A stretch of 64,000 nt of DNA. Origin: an uncultured Fibrobacterota bacterium. Its GTDB lineage: Bacteria > Fibrobacterota > Chitinivibrionia > Chitinivibrionales > FEN-1185. Positions within the stretch are counted from its first letter, which is position 1, and each line of letters opens with the position of its first letter. Of this stretch, positions 28,309 to 38,501 are shown in pieces. The stretch is taken from contig CAVSQB010000008.1 in NCBI GenBank assembly GCA_963729895.1, positions 65,907-129,906 on the forward strand, written 5' to 3'. Position numbers and translations under genes: made by a program. The notes beneath the pieces were generated by a model that was given only the letters and a program-made list of their open reading frames with translations, did not search any database and was not told the origin of the DNA.

Positions 28309-28794
28309 TTACTGTTGGTTTCCGACCGGCGCGGAGGGAACCGGCGCCGCGGAAGGCTGCTTGTGCTTGGCCGAATCGGCCGGGGCCGGTCTTGTTTCGA
28401 GCACCTGCTTGATGGCAGCTTCGTAGTCTTCCTTGGGACGCAGCCCGGTCAGCAGCAATACGACGGCCTTGTCCTTCACAAAGAATACGGCGGGGATGGC
28501 CGACACACGAAAATAAGCGGAGATCTTCCTGTTCACGTCCACATTGATCTTCATCACCTTGATCTTGCCCGCATACCGCTTCTTGAGATCTTCGATCGTC
28601 GGACTCAGCATCCTGCACGGCATACACCAAGTCGCCCAAAAATCGATAACCACCGGCACCTTTGACCTCAAAATCTGATCGGCAAGTATATCCGACGAAT
28701 CGAAAGCCGCCGGCTCCTCCATGACGGGAGGCGGGAACTGTCCAAAGGCAAGTGTTCCCAAAAGAAAGAGATAAGAGAGTGCTTTGCGCGTCAT
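28309..28794 (-). CDS. thioredoxin with N-terminal signal peptide
   Basis: MTRKALSYLFLLGTLAFG signal; VVIDFWATWCMPC; SAIP cis-Pro loop. Confidence 0.85.
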   Translation of the reverse strand: MTRKALSYLFLLGTLAFGQFPPPVMEEPAAFDSSDILADQILRSKVPVVIDFWATWCMPCRMLSPTIEDLKKRYAGKIKVMKINVDVNRKISAYFRVSAIPAVFFVKDKAVVLLLTGLRPKEDYEAAIKQVLETRPAPADSAKHKQPSAAPVPSAPVGNQQ

Positions 28795-28831
28795 TGTGCT
28801 CCACGGGTGTTGTACGTGATCCCGGCCATGG

Positions 28832-29959
28832 CTAATCTTCAGAACGGTCCGTCTGCTTCTTCCTGACCTCATTCATCCGCCGAATTTCGTTCTTCTTCTT
28901 CTCGTGTTCCTCGTTTGTCACCGAAAAATCGTGCGAGTTCGAACCGTCCCATTTTGCCACAAAGTAAAGGTCCTTGGTCTTTTCCGGGTACAACGCCGCA
29001 CGCAGGGACGCCAGGCCCGGCGAGCAGATGGGGCCCGGAGGAAGCCCGGCCCGGCGCCGGGTGTTGTACGGCGAGTCCGCCGACAAGTCGGACGCGAGCA
29101 GGGGACCCGAGAATTTCTTCAGCGCGAACCGGACCGTAGGATCTGCGCCGAGCGGGATTCCTTTGGCAAGCCGATTGTGAAACACTCCCGCGATGCGGGG
29201 CCGTTCTTCTGCAAGCGTGGCTTCTTTTTCGATGATTGAGGCAAGGATGATTATTTGGTGCTTCGAAAGTTCCTGCGGCACGGAGTCGGGCGCCAGCGTC
29301 GCATACATGTCGACGCCGTGGTCCACCATTCGCTTTACAATATCGGAAGCTTTCACGTCGGCGGGGAAACGGTAGGTGTCCGGGAACAAGTATCCCTCCG
29401 GCGACGACGCGGGAATGCCGAGCCGCCGCAGAACCGCCTGATCGTTGCAGGCCGCCGCGAATTCCGCGGAATCCACGGAAAGCGCATTGCCCATCACCGC
29501 CGCGGTTTGTTCCACGGTGAGTCCTTCGGGTACGGTGACCGTGATTTCGATGGGCTCCGCATGCAAAAACTTCTTGGCAGCGGAAATAATGCCTTCACCT
29601 TTATAGAGCACAACGCGGCCGGCCTGGATTTTCTTTTCCATGCCGGTAAGCCTCACCCAGAGGACAAATGCCGTTGACGAAGGAACAACGTGTTCGCGCA
29701 TGAGCTTCCGGGCAATTACATGAATAGTGGCGCCTTTCTCGATCACAAATTCCACAGGCGTCCTTGTTGCCGCGAACGGAACAAAAAGATACACCGCCGC
29801 GACGATGGGAAGCACGAGAAGGAAAAGAAAGATCTTGAGTTTTTGCATGAGGCGAAACGTCCACAACGTGCCGTAGAACAAGTACCCGAGCGCCGCAACG
29901 AGATATATCGCACCCGTAAACCATGTGCGAGCGAGCGATTTCACGAAGAAGTTCTTCAT
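28832..29959 (-). CDS. mltG: endolytic transglycosylase MltG (YceG)
   Basis: VTVPEGL, EGYLFPDTY, LASIIEKE, LGADPTV, SPYNT...GLPPGPICSPG, LYFVA; the true start may lie downstream (MQKLKIF). Confidence 0.92.
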   Translation of the reverse strand: MKNFFVKSLARTWFTGAIYLVAALGYLFYGTLWTFRLMQKLKIFLFLLVLPIVAAVYLFVPFAATRTPVEFVIEKGATIHVIARKLMREHVVPSSTAFVLWVRLTGMEKKIQAGRVVLYKGEGIISAAKKFLHAEPIEITVTVPEGLTVEQTAAVMGNALSVDSAEFAAACNDQAVLRRLGIPASSPEGYLFPDTYRFPADVKASDIVKRMVDHGVDMYATLAPDSVPQELSKHQIIILASIIEKEATLAEERPRIAGVFHNRLAKGIPLGADPTVRFALKKFSGPLLASDLSADSPYNTRRRAGLPPGPICSPGLASLRAALYPEKTKDLYFVAKWDGSNSHDFSVTNEEHEKKKNEIRRMNEVRKKQTDRSED

Positions 29960-30042
29960 GGCGGTTGCAGGGCGACCCGGGAGGACAACGGAGGCGCCAT
30001 CTTATGCGTCAATATAGGGAAACCATTTCTTCCACAGAGTTT

Positions 30043-33000
30043 CTACCAGTCGGCATTGGCATCCTGCTTTCCGGAGGTGGTCTTACCGCTCGAGGTTTTT
30101 TGCAGCACGAAATTATACAGGCTCTTTATTTTTTCATCGTCCTGCTTAAGGTTTTCGGCTTTTTCGAGCAACGGCAGAGCGTCCGTTAGCCTGTCCGTTT
30201 TTACGTACCCTCTGGCAAGCTGGTACATGAAGTCCGGCGTATTGGCCTTGAGCGCATTTGCCATTTCCAAAAACACCATGGCGTCGTTTGTGAGGCGCTT
30301 GTTAAGAAGAATGACGCCGATCTCCTCGCATGCATCCGCATTGGTAGCGTCGTGCTGAATGTAACTCTGGTACGCCTCGGTCTCCTGTTTGGGTTTCCCG
30401 AGCTGGCCGTACAGCTTGCCGATCTCTATCCACAAGAGCGGCATCGTGTCCTTGAGCGCAAGCCCCTTTTTCAGGAAGGTAACAGCCTTTTCCAGGTTTG
30501 CGGGCTGCTTCGCGTAGAGCAAGCCGGCGCCGAAATAATTTCGATAGTCCCGTGGTGATTTGAGCGCATTCTCCTCATACATCCTGGCCGCGGCGGCCGA
30601 ATTAAGCGCCTCCTCGAGTTGCGCCTTCCTGAATGAAGCCTCGGGGTCGTTTACGTCCGGCAGCTTCGTATAGGCCGCGTAGGCGTTCACCGCATTTGCG
30701 TTGTCTCCGGACTTGTCGTAGGAATCCGCAAGCATCCTGAGCGTCACTGCCATATGCGGGTTCTTCGCTTTCCCGCTCCTGCTCAGGGCATGCAGGCGTT
30801 CGAAGATGTCCGCGCTTTTCCTGTAGTCTTTGGCGTAGTAATAGGCGCGCCCGTACGCAAAAAGGAATTCCACGTCCTGGCCTTTCGTCTTCACCGCTTT
30901 GTTAAGCAGCTTGACGGCGTCTTCGTATTCTTTCTTCTTAAAGCAGTCTTCGGCCACCAACATGGCGATATCGGGATCGTCTGCCGTGGACTTGGCGAGG
31001 TATTTCTTGTACGCGTCAAGCGCTTCGTCCGTCTTGTGCTCTTTCGTATACAAATCGCCAAGCACCTTGTACTCCTCCGTCGCGTCCGGGTTGATGGCAA
31101 TCACCTGTTGGTACGACACAATGGCGTCGGCGGTGTTGCCGCTTTTAAGCTGGCATCGCGCGAGCGATGAAAGGAGCTGCGTGTTGCGTTGATCAAGGGA
31201 CAGCGCCTTGTTGTAATTCGCGATCGCCTTGGGCAGCATCAGTTTCTTCTCGTAAATCGAGCCGAGTGTCGCATAGGTCGAGGCGTCGGCCTCCCCCGAG
31301 CTTACCGCCTTGGTAAGCGCCGCGAGCACTTCCTCGGTTGTTCCCCTCGCAACAACGAGTTCGGCATACCGCTTGTACACTCCCTTGACAGACGGATCCA
31401 CCGACAGCGCCGTGCGGTAGGCCAGAAACGCGCCGCTCAGATCTTTCAGGTCGTAAAGATAATCGCCCAATTCCTTTTGCGCCTGCGCGTCGCGCGGTTT
31501 GATCGCTATGTATTTCTTGAGGTAGGATATCGCCGTCTCTTTTTCGTTGTCGTGCATCGCAATGTCGTAAAGGCTCCTGTACACGTCCGCATTCCCGGGT
31601 TCCACGGCGGCAAGCTGCCGGTACAGTTCTTTGGCCTTGTCGTAGTCTTTCTTCTGCAGGCACGCCTGGCCGTACATGTTGATAAATGCCGGTTTCCGCG
31701 CGTCCTCGCCGGCGATCATGCCGAAATACCGGACGGCGTCATCGTAATTTTTGTTCTTGAACGCATCTTCACCGATCAGATAGGCGACCGCATAATCTTT
31801 CGGCTGCTTTTCCAGGTACTTCTTGTACACCGAAATCGCCTGGTCGGGCTTCTTCTGCTGCAGGTACATCTCGCCCAGCATCTTGTACACGCGCATTTCC
31901 TGGGGATTGACGGCCAATACCTGCTCGTAGGTGACCGAGGCCTCGCCGGCGTTCCCGGTTTTCACCTGGCACGCGCCCAATTCCATGAGCATCGCAGTGT
32001 TTTTGGGATCGGAGGCCAGTGCCTTCTGGTACATCTGGATCGCCTGCGGATAGAGCCCCTGTTTCTGGTAATGCATTGCCTGTGCACTGTACATCGAGGC
32101 ATCCGCCTCGCCCGCGTTGATCGCGCCTTTGAGCGCGGCCGCAATGTCTTCGGAAAGCCCCAGTGACGAGGCCATTTCGAAGTATCGTTTGTAAATTCCC
32201 TTGATCGTCGGATCAATGGCAAGCGCCTTCTTGTAGGCGCTGAGCGCGCCCGCGTAGTCTCTCCTCTCATACAGGAGGTCGCCAAGGTTCTTCTGGGCGG
32301 CGGCATCGGAAGGCTTGAGGGCGACGTATTTTTTGAGGTATCCGGCGGCAGCGGTCTTCTGGCTGGAGTCCTGCGACGCGATTGAATACAGAATTCTGTA
32401 AATCTCGGGGTTTTGCGGTGTAAGCAGGGCAAGCTGGCCATACAGATCCCTTGCCTTATCGTAATCTTTTTTCTGGTAGCACGCAAAGCCGTACATGGAG
32501 AGAAACGCGGCGCTCCTGGTTTCCGTTCCCGCAACCATGGCGAGGTACTTTGCCGCCTCATCGTAGTTCTTATTCCCATAGGCGTATTCGCCTATGGTGT
32601 AGGCCACCGCATAGTCTTTGGGCTGTTTCTCGATGTACTTCTTGTACACCGAAACCGCCTGCTCTTTCTTGTTCTGCTGAACGTACATGTCGCCCAGCAT
32701 CTTGTACACGCGCGAATCCTGCGGACTCAGCGCAAGCACCTGCTCGTAGGTAACCGATGCCTCGGCCGTGTTGCCCACCTTCACCTGGCAGGCGCCAAGC
32801 GACATGAGAACCGCCGTGTTCTTGGGATCGGCCGCGAGCGCTCTCTGGTACATTGGTATGGCTCTGGGACAAAGCCCCTGGCGTTGATAGTAGTTTCCCT
32901 GCGCGGCGTACATTCCCGCGTCGGCCTCGCCCGTGTTGATTGCCCCTGTCAAGGCAGCGTTGACGTCGGTCTGGTTGCCCTGGGCGGTGGCAAGCTCGAA

Positions 33001-35760
33001 GTACCTTTTGTAAATGCCTTTGATGGTCGGATCGTTCGCCAGGGCCTTACGGTAGGCGGCAAGTGCGCCCGCCGTCTCCTTCTGGTCGTAGAGCATGTCG
33101 CCGAGGCTTTTCTGGGCCTGGGCGTCGAACGGTTTGAGCGCCAGGTATTTCCTGAGATAGCCGGCAGCCGCCTCCTTCTGGGCGGTATCCTGCTGCGCAA
33201 TGGTGTACAACAGCCTGAATACCTCGGGGTTTTGCGGCGTGAGAACGGCAAGCTCGTTCATGACTGCGGCAGCCTTCTTGTAATTCCTGGCATAATAGCA
33301 CGCCTGGCCGTAATGCATCAGGAAATCCGATTTCCGTGCATCTTCGCCGCCCACCATCGAAAAGTACCGCGCAGCCTCATCGTAGTTCTTCTGTTTAAAA
33401 GCAAAATCACCCACCAGGCGGGCGACTTTGACGTCATCCCTTCTCTTGTCAAGGTACTTCTTGTACATTGCCGCGGCGTCGGCGTCCTTGCCCTGTCGTG
33501 TGTACAAATCGCCGAGCGCCTTGCATTCGTCGATTGCCCCGGGATTGAGCGCAAGCACCTGCTCGTACGTCACCACCGCCGCATCAACACTCCCGGTTTT
33601 CGCCTGACACTGGGCAAGGCCCGAAAGGACCGGCACGTTTTTGGGATCTTTGGCAAGGGCACTCTGGAAAAGATCAATGGCCTTGGTGCAGTTCCCCTGT
33701 TTCTGGTATACAAGGGCAAGCGCGGCATACATGGTTGCATCCGCCTCGCCCGCGGCGACCGCGCCGTTAAGCGCCGTACCGAATTCTTCCTTGAGCCCCT
33801 TTGCCATGACGATTTCCGCATAAGGTTTGTAAACGCCCTTGATGGTCGGATCGAGCTTGATTGCCGCGCGGAACGCAACGAGCGCCGCGTCGTAGTTCTT
33901 GACATCGTTGTACAGGATGCCCAGATTCCTCTGTGCCACCGCGTCGGACGGGTTGAAAACGATGTATTTCTTGAGGTACGAAGCCGCAGAAGCCTTGTCG
34001 CCGCTGTTAAGTGTTATCTCGTACAGGCTCTTGAACACCTCGGGGTTCTGCGGGGTAAGGGTCGCGAGCTCCTTGTAAATCTCGAACGCGATCTTGTATT
34101 CCCGTTGGGAAAGCTCATAGGCGCCAAGCCGCAACCGCGATTCGACGTTTGTCTTGTCCAGCTCCACAACCTTCTTGTCGGCGTAGGCCATGTTCACCGG
34201 GTCGTTGAGCTTCTTGTAGCAGTAGGCGAGCTGTTTCCAGTATTCGAGCTCGAACGGCTTCTTTCCAACCAGAAAATCGAGCTGCTCCTTCGCCTCCTTG
34301 AATTTGTCGCTGCGCAGGTACGCCTTGGAGAGTACCACCCGCGGATCGACGAGCGACGGATCGAGCCGGATGGCTGATTCTGCTGCGTCAATTGCTTTGT
34401 CCCACTGCTCCAGGGAGGCCGCGGCCATGGCCATGCCGGCTGCGGCCTTTACGTTTCTGTCTATGACATAGCTTTTCTCGTAGTACTTGAGCGCGTCGGT
34501 ATACTTCTTCGCCTTGAGGCTGTAGTCGCCAAGCGTGACGAAGATCTTAGGATCATTGGGGCTGATCGTTGTTATCTTTTCGTATATTTTATTGGCCTTG
34601 TCGGGCATGCCGCTCTTTTGATACAGGTCGGCCAGGCGGGCATATGCCTCAACATTCTTATTGTCGGCCGCGAGCGCCTTTTCCAGAGTGGAAATCGCCT
34701 TTGGAAGATTGCCCGAGCCGCTATAAGCATCGGCGAGGAGAAACAGGATGTCGGGAGCCCTGGTTCCGTCGCTGTCCGCAGCGGCAACATACCGGAAATG
34801 GACAAGGGCCGATTCATAGTTCTTTCTTTCCAGGTCTGCGTTTCCAACCTTCAGGTGCGACGTAATCGCCTCCGGCGACTTGTCGGCGCCAAACGCGTCC
34901 GCTGCGGCCCGGTAGGCCTTGAGGGCGCTCTCGGCGCTGCCCGTTTTTTCCTGCGAAACCGCGCGAAAGTACTGATCGGTGGCGGTGAGTTTTACTTTTC
35001 CGACTACTTTTTCGTATTCGTTCGCCGCAGCAAGGAATTTGTCCTTCTGGTAATAGGCACGGGCAAGATCCAGGTTCGCCGCGTATAAATTGGGGTTACG
35101 GTTAATAGCGTCTTTCAGGTAGAAAATCGCGGAGTCGACGCGGTTCGCCTCTAAGAGCGATCTGCCGATCCTGTAGGCATCATCGGCGTTCGGTTGAGAA
35201 GCATAGGCAACCTTGAGAAGGGGTATGGCCTTTTTGAATTCCTGCTGCTGCCAGTAGATTTCGGCAAGTCCTCGGCACGCGGACGCATTTGACGGATCGG
35301 ATTGAATCACCCGTTCCAGCGCTTCTTTTGCATCCGCCGGTCTTTTGAGCGCCATGCAAGCCTTTGCGTATTCCCAGCTTGCCTCCCCCGTCGCCTGAAG
35401 TTCGAGCGCCTTCTTTGCGAATGTGACGGCATTGTCTGGCTGGTTGAGTTTGTTGTACACCCGCGCAATGCCGAGTTGCGCATCATAGCTCTTCATGTCC
35501 ATGCGGGAGGCAACAAGATAACAGGCGAGCGCTTTCTCCGTTGTGCCCAGCTCCTCGTTGGCGACGCCCACCTTCACCCAAACGTCCGCAGTGCGCACGT
35601 TGGACGGCAGTTTTGCATCGGCATAGGCAATTGCATCTTGATACTTCTTGGACCTTATGAGCTGGTCGAGCGTCTGGTCTGCAAATGCCGTTGACGTGGA
35701 AAACCAGATGGTCAATGATAGCAAGAGCACGGCTCGAACGCTGGTTCTGGTAACTTTCAT
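30043..35760 (-). CDS. giant exported TPR-repeat protein (~1900 aa)
   Basis: Signal peptide MKVTRTSVRAVLLLSLTIWFSTSTAFA; continuous 34-aa TPR pattern (LG..Y....A...Y.KAL..DP) over the whole length. Confidence 0.92.
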   Translation of the reverse strand: MKVTRTSVRAVLLLSLTIWFSTSTAFADQTLDQLIRSKKYQDAIAYADAKLPSNVRTADVWVKVGVANEELGTTEKALACYLVASRMDMKSYDAQLGIARVYNKLNQPDNAVTFAKKALELQATGEASWEYAKACMALKRPADAKEALERVIQSDPSNASACRGLAEIYWQQQEFKKAIPLLKVAYASQPNADDAYRIGRSLLEANRVDSAIFYLKDAINRNPNLYAANLDLARAYYQKDKFLAAANEYEKVVGKVKLTATDQYFRAVSQEKTGSAESALKAYRAAADAFGADKSPEAITSHLKVGNADLERKNYESALVHFRYVAAADSDGTRAPDILFLLADAYSGSGNLPKAISTLEKALAADNKNVEAYARLADLYQKSGMPDKANKIYEKITTISPNDPKIFVTLGDYSLKAKKYTDALKYYEKSYVIDRNVKAAAGMAMAAASLEQWDKAIDAAESAIRLDPSLVDPRVVLSKAYLRSDKFKEAKEQLDFLVGKKPFELEYWKQLAYCYKKLNDPVNMAYADKKVVELDKTNVESRLRLGAYELSQREYKIAFEIYKELATLTPQNPEVFKSLYEITLNSGDKASAASYLKKYIVFNPSDAVAQRNLGILYNDVKNYDAALVAFRAAIKLDPTIKGVYKPYAEIVMAKGLKEEFGTALNGAVAAGEADATMYAALALVYQKQGNCTKAIDLFQSALAKDPKNVPVLSGLAQCQAKTGSVDAAVVTYEQVLALNPGAIDECKALGDLYTRQGKDADAAAMYKKYLDKRRDDVKVARLVGDFAFKQKNYDEAARYFSMVGGEDARKSDFLMHYGQACYYARNYKKAAAVMNELAVLTPQNPEVFRLLYTIAQQDTAQKEAAAGYLRKYLALKPFDAQAQKSLGDMLYDQKETAGALAAYRKALANDPTIKGIYKRYFELATAQGNQTDVNAALTGAINTGEADAGMYAAQGNYYQRQGLCPRAIPMYQRALAADPKNTAVLMSLGACQVKVGNTAEASVTYEQVLALSPQDSRVYKMLGDMYVQQNKKEQAVSVYKKYIEKQPKDYAVAYTIGEYAYGNKNYDEAAKYLAMVAGTETRSAAFLSMYGFACYQKKDYDKARDLYGQLALLTPQNPEIYRILYSIASQDSSQKTAAAGYLKKYVALKPSDAAAQKNLGDLLYERRDYAGALSAYKKALAIDPTIKGIYKRYFEMASSLGLSEDIAAALKGAINAGEADASMYSAQAMHYQKQGLYPQAIQMYQKALASDPKNTAMLMELGACQVKTGNAGEASVTYEQVLAVNPQEMRVYKMLGEMYLQQKKPDQAISVYKKYLEKQPKDYAVAYLIGEDAFKNKNYDDAVRYFGMIAGEDARKPAFINMYGQACLQKKDYDKAKELYRQLAAVEPGNADVYRSLYDIAMHDNEKETAISYLKKYIAIKPRDAQAQKELGDYLYDLKDLSGAFLAYRTALSVDPSVKGVYKRYAELVVARGTTEEVLAALTKAVSSGEADASTYATLGSIYEKKLMLPKAIANYNKALSLDQRNTQLLSSLARCQLKSGNTADAIVSYQQVIAINPDATEEYKVLGDLYTKEHKTDEALDAYKKYLAKSTADDPDIAMLVAEDCFKKKEYEDAVKLLNKAVKTKGQDVEFLFAYGRAYYYAKDYRKSADIFERLHALSRSGKAKNPHMAVTLRMLADSYDKSGDNANAVNAYAAYTKLPDVNDPEASFRKAQLEEALNSAAAARMYEENALKSPRDYRNYFGAGLLYAKQPANLEKAVTFLKKGLALKDTMPLLWIEIGKLYGQLGKPKQETEAYQSYIQHDATNADACEEIGVILLNKRLTNDAMVFLEMANALKANTPDFMYQLARGYVKTDRLTDALPLLEKAENLKQDDEKIKSLYNFVLQKTSSGKTTSGKQDANADW
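31100..34100 (-). repeat. intragenic tandem super-repeat, ~272-273 aa (8 TPRs), about 4 copies; boundaries approximate
   Basis: Motif DP(T/S)(I/V)KG(V/I)YK recurs at 33829, 33010, 32191 and 31375 (spacings 819, 819, 816 nt). Confidence 0.85.
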
Positions 35761-35984
35761 AACATTCCCTTTCGGAGCCCTATCTTTTAGTGGTGGACCC
35801 AGCAGAATCTGCATAACCGATCATAGGTACCAAAATAAAAGAACGCGAGTGCCAATAAAATAACTTTGTTATATCGGTTAACTTTGCAGGCGAAAGTGCA
35901 CGCACGCCGTATTTCTTCAACCCAATAATATTTGATGCTTAACAACGTATATATCCAGTATCGCTACATGGATTATTTTATGGC

Positions 35985-36372
35985 CGGGAAAGAAGATCGG
36001 GCAATCGCTCCGTTAGTGCGGAGAGGAAAGTCCGGGCACCGCAGGACAGGATACCTTGCGTCAAGCAAGGGACTCCGGGCACCCGGAGTACGGAAAGTGT
36101 CACAGAGAACAGACCGCCCCGCGCGCAGAGCAATCTGTTCGCGGAGCGAGAGGTGAAAAGGCGGGGTAAGAGCCCACCGCGCTTCCTGGCAACAGGAAGC
36201 GGCTGAAAAACCCTATCCGGTGCAAGACCAAGCATGAAGGAGGCGCCCTCTCGGGGGCGCGGAAACTGTCCGTTTCCAATTCCTTCGGGTAGGTCGCTCA
36301 ATGCCCGTGTTTTTGCGCGGGCCAGACAAATGATTGCTAGAACAGAACCCGGCTTACGGATCTTCTTTCCCG
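35985..36372 (+). ncRNA. rnpB: RNase P RNA, bacterial type A
   Basis: GAGGAAAGTCCGGGC, GGAAAGTGTCACAGA, GGTGAAAAGGCGGGGTAAGAGCCCACCG, AGACAAATGAT, ACAGAACCCGGCTTA; terminal helix CGGGAAAGAAGATC/GATCTTCTTTCCCG. Confidence 0.96.
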
Positions 36373-36433
36373 CTTTTTTCCCGGCCGGGGCCGGCGCTCA
36401 AACCTGTTTCCAGTGAAGCTCATCAGTGACTGA

Positions 36434-37816
36434 ATGAACCGGCCTACAAGAAATCTTCTCATTTTCTTTCTCGCGGCGCTGGCGCCGGCTTTCCTGACGG
36501 TCAATGCCGACACGCTCGCACCTCCGCCCGCGGATTCCGCCCTCGTGCCTTCGCAGAAGATTGTGGAAATCAACTATTGTGGAAACCACGTCACCAAACC
36601 GGTCATGCTGCGGATCTACCTCGGCATCGACACCGGCATGGTATACGATTCCGCCCTGATTGCGGCCGGCAAAAAAAGGCTGATGGACACCTACCTGTTC
36701 TCCAAGGTGGAAGTGCTTCGTCTTCAGAAACTCGACGGCGTGCACGTATTTGTTCTGGTCACCGAATTCTTCTACTGGATGCCGACCGGCAGCTTCGACC
36801 TTTTCCGAGGCATGTACGGAGACGATAACACGCTCTGGTGGCGCATGCGCCTTGGCCTTTCCCTGCTTAACTTCCGCGGATTGTTCGAAACCTTTTCGGT
36901 CGCGGCATCGTTCTGGCAAGACAAAGGACTGTCGCTGTCGTGGAGCAAACCGTTTGTTCCATCGCCGTACTTTTTCTCCGCGGGCATCAGCGGCGACCAA
37001 TCCCCCGATCTCAGCTTTCCCCGCAAACTTACCGTTGGCACGGCACGAGTGACGGTGGGAAGAAGATTCTTTGGGAATTCGAAGTCGTTCTTGTCAATTA
37101 TTCCCACCTACAACCGCATCGACTCGCTTGTCGGAGACGACAGAAGGATTGAATACGGTGAAGTCATGTCGCAACTGGGATGGATAACCGACCGGAAAGA
37201 CAGATCATACGATCCGACGGACGGGTGGCAGGGGATAACATCTTTTTCAACAAATGTCCTTTATCCCGGAACGAATTACAAGTATCTGCAGTGGAACAAC
37301 GACCTGCGCCTCTACCACCGGGGGTTCTTTTCACAGGACCGTTTTGCCTCCCGCATACAGCTTGTGCTCCGCTCGAACGACGCCGGTCCCTACAAAGGCC
37401 TGTATATCGGCGGCGAAAGCACGGTGCGGGGCTGGGCGACGGATGCTCTCGGCCGCGATTCCGTGATGAACGACTTTGCCACCGCTTCCGGAGAATACCG
37501 TTTTCCACTTTGGCCCACCCCGTCGTTTGATCTTCCAGTTCTGTGCGACTATGCACCCAGCCTCAAAAACTTTTACCTCAGGGCGGATGGTGCGCTTATT
37601 GTTGATGCGGGGCAAATCTGGCGCTATCTTCCCTCCCCGTTCGGGGTGCATCAGGACGCCGCAGGCGTGGGGTTTGGCCTCAGGATAATGGCCCCCACAT
37701 TACTCCGGGCCGCGTGCGCCGACCTTGTATGGCCCATCCGGCCGCACGACAATCCGGTGGGAATCTGGTACAGCAAAACCCCCGGATACAATCTGTATCT
37801 TGACATGTACTATTAG
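36434..37816 (+). CDS. Omp85 (BamA/TamA-like) outer-membrane protein with a single POTRA domain
   Basis: Signal peptide; POTRA-like GNHVTK...LFSKV...VLVTE; YIGGESTVRGW (VRGF/Y motif); EYRFP, VDAGQIW, GVGFGLR. Confidence 0.85.
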   Translation: MNRPTRNLLIFFLAALAPAFLTVNADTLAPPPADSALVPSQKIVEINYCGNHVTKPVMLRIYLGIDTGMVYDSALIAAGKKRLMDTYLFSKVEVLRLQKLDGVHVFVLVTEFFYWMPTGSFDLFRGMYGDDNTLWWRMRLGLSLLNFRGLFETFSVAASFWQDKGLSLSWSKPFVPSPYFFSAGISGDQSPDLSFPRKLTVGTARVTVGRRFFGNSKSFLSIIPTYNRIDSLVGDDRRIEYGEVMSQLGWITDRKDRSYDPTDGWQGITSFSTNVLYPGTNYKYLQWNNDLRLYHRGFFSQDRFASRIQLVLRSNDAGPYKGLYIGGESTVRGWATDALGRDSVMNDFATASGEYRFPLWPTPSFDLPVLCDYAPSLKNFYLRADGALIVDAGQIWRYLPSPFGVHQDAAGVGFGLRIMAPTLLRAACADLVWPIRPHDNPVGIWYSKTPGYNLYLDMYY

Positions 37817-37883
37817 CGTTGAAAAGGTGAGAAGAAGTAAGGTTAGGCGATGCGGAAGCAAATCAATGCGTTTGTGAACCATT

Positions 37884-38234
37884 TCATGCAAGAGCGACCT
37901 TCTGGTCTTTCATGAATTCGTCCTCGTTCTTGTAGGTCTTCATCAGGCGGTCGATTCCAACCATTTCCAGGACCTTTCTCACCTGATTCTCCTTCGCAAT
38001 GATGTACACCGACCCCTTGTTTTCCTGCACGTCGCAGAGGCAGTGGATAAAGATGCTTATTCCCGCGCTGTCGAGGTAGGTGGTCTTTTCCAAGTTGAAC
38101 ACGAAATGGTGGTGACCGGTCTTGATGCAGTTGAAAATATCCTCGTCAAGCTTCTTGGTATTCTCCTCGGTGTCGATGTTGCCGATGATGTGGATCATCT
38201 TGAACGATCCCTTGTCCTCGATCTCATATCTCAT
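37884..38234 (-). CDS. STAS-domain anti-sigma factor antagonist
   Basis: IIGNID, FNLEKTTYLDSAGI (phosphorylatable Ser), VRKVLEMVGI. Confidence 0.9.
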   Translation of the reverse strand: MRYEIEDKGSFKMIHIIGNIDTEENTKKLDEDIFNCIKTGHHHFVFNLEKTTYLDSAGISIFIHCLCDVQENKGSVYIIAKENQVRKVLEMVGIDRLMKTYKNEDEFMKDQKVALA

Positions 38235-38309
38235 CGCGAATTCCTTTCCTCTTGCAGTGTGCGCGCAGCCGACACTCCGCCGCCTGCGCCGGTCGGACTC
38301 CGATCCTTA

Positions 38310-38338
38310 ATTGTAATGGTCCAACGCTCAAAAAACAA
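38310..38338 (-). promoter_or_regulatory. putative sigma70 promoter for the STAS gene
   Basis: Minus strand TTGTTT-N17-TACAAT. Confidence 0.45.
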
Positions 38339-38501
38339 GTGTATTCTTGCGGATCGGGTTCGAAAGATCGGCACGAGGACGATAATCATGATTGCTTCCC
38401 AGGTCGCACCAGACCACCAGTCCCTGGAAATCAGGTTATCCTTTCGCTATTTCGTTCCTGCCGCCTCGCAGATCCCCCTATCATTCCGCATTACTTTTTG
38501 T

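Noticed and set aside
31100..34100. Repeats considered as a CRISPR array or DGR template/variable pair
   Set aside because: The repeats are in-frame coding duplications with synonymous divergence; no spacers, cas genes or reverse transcriptase in the window
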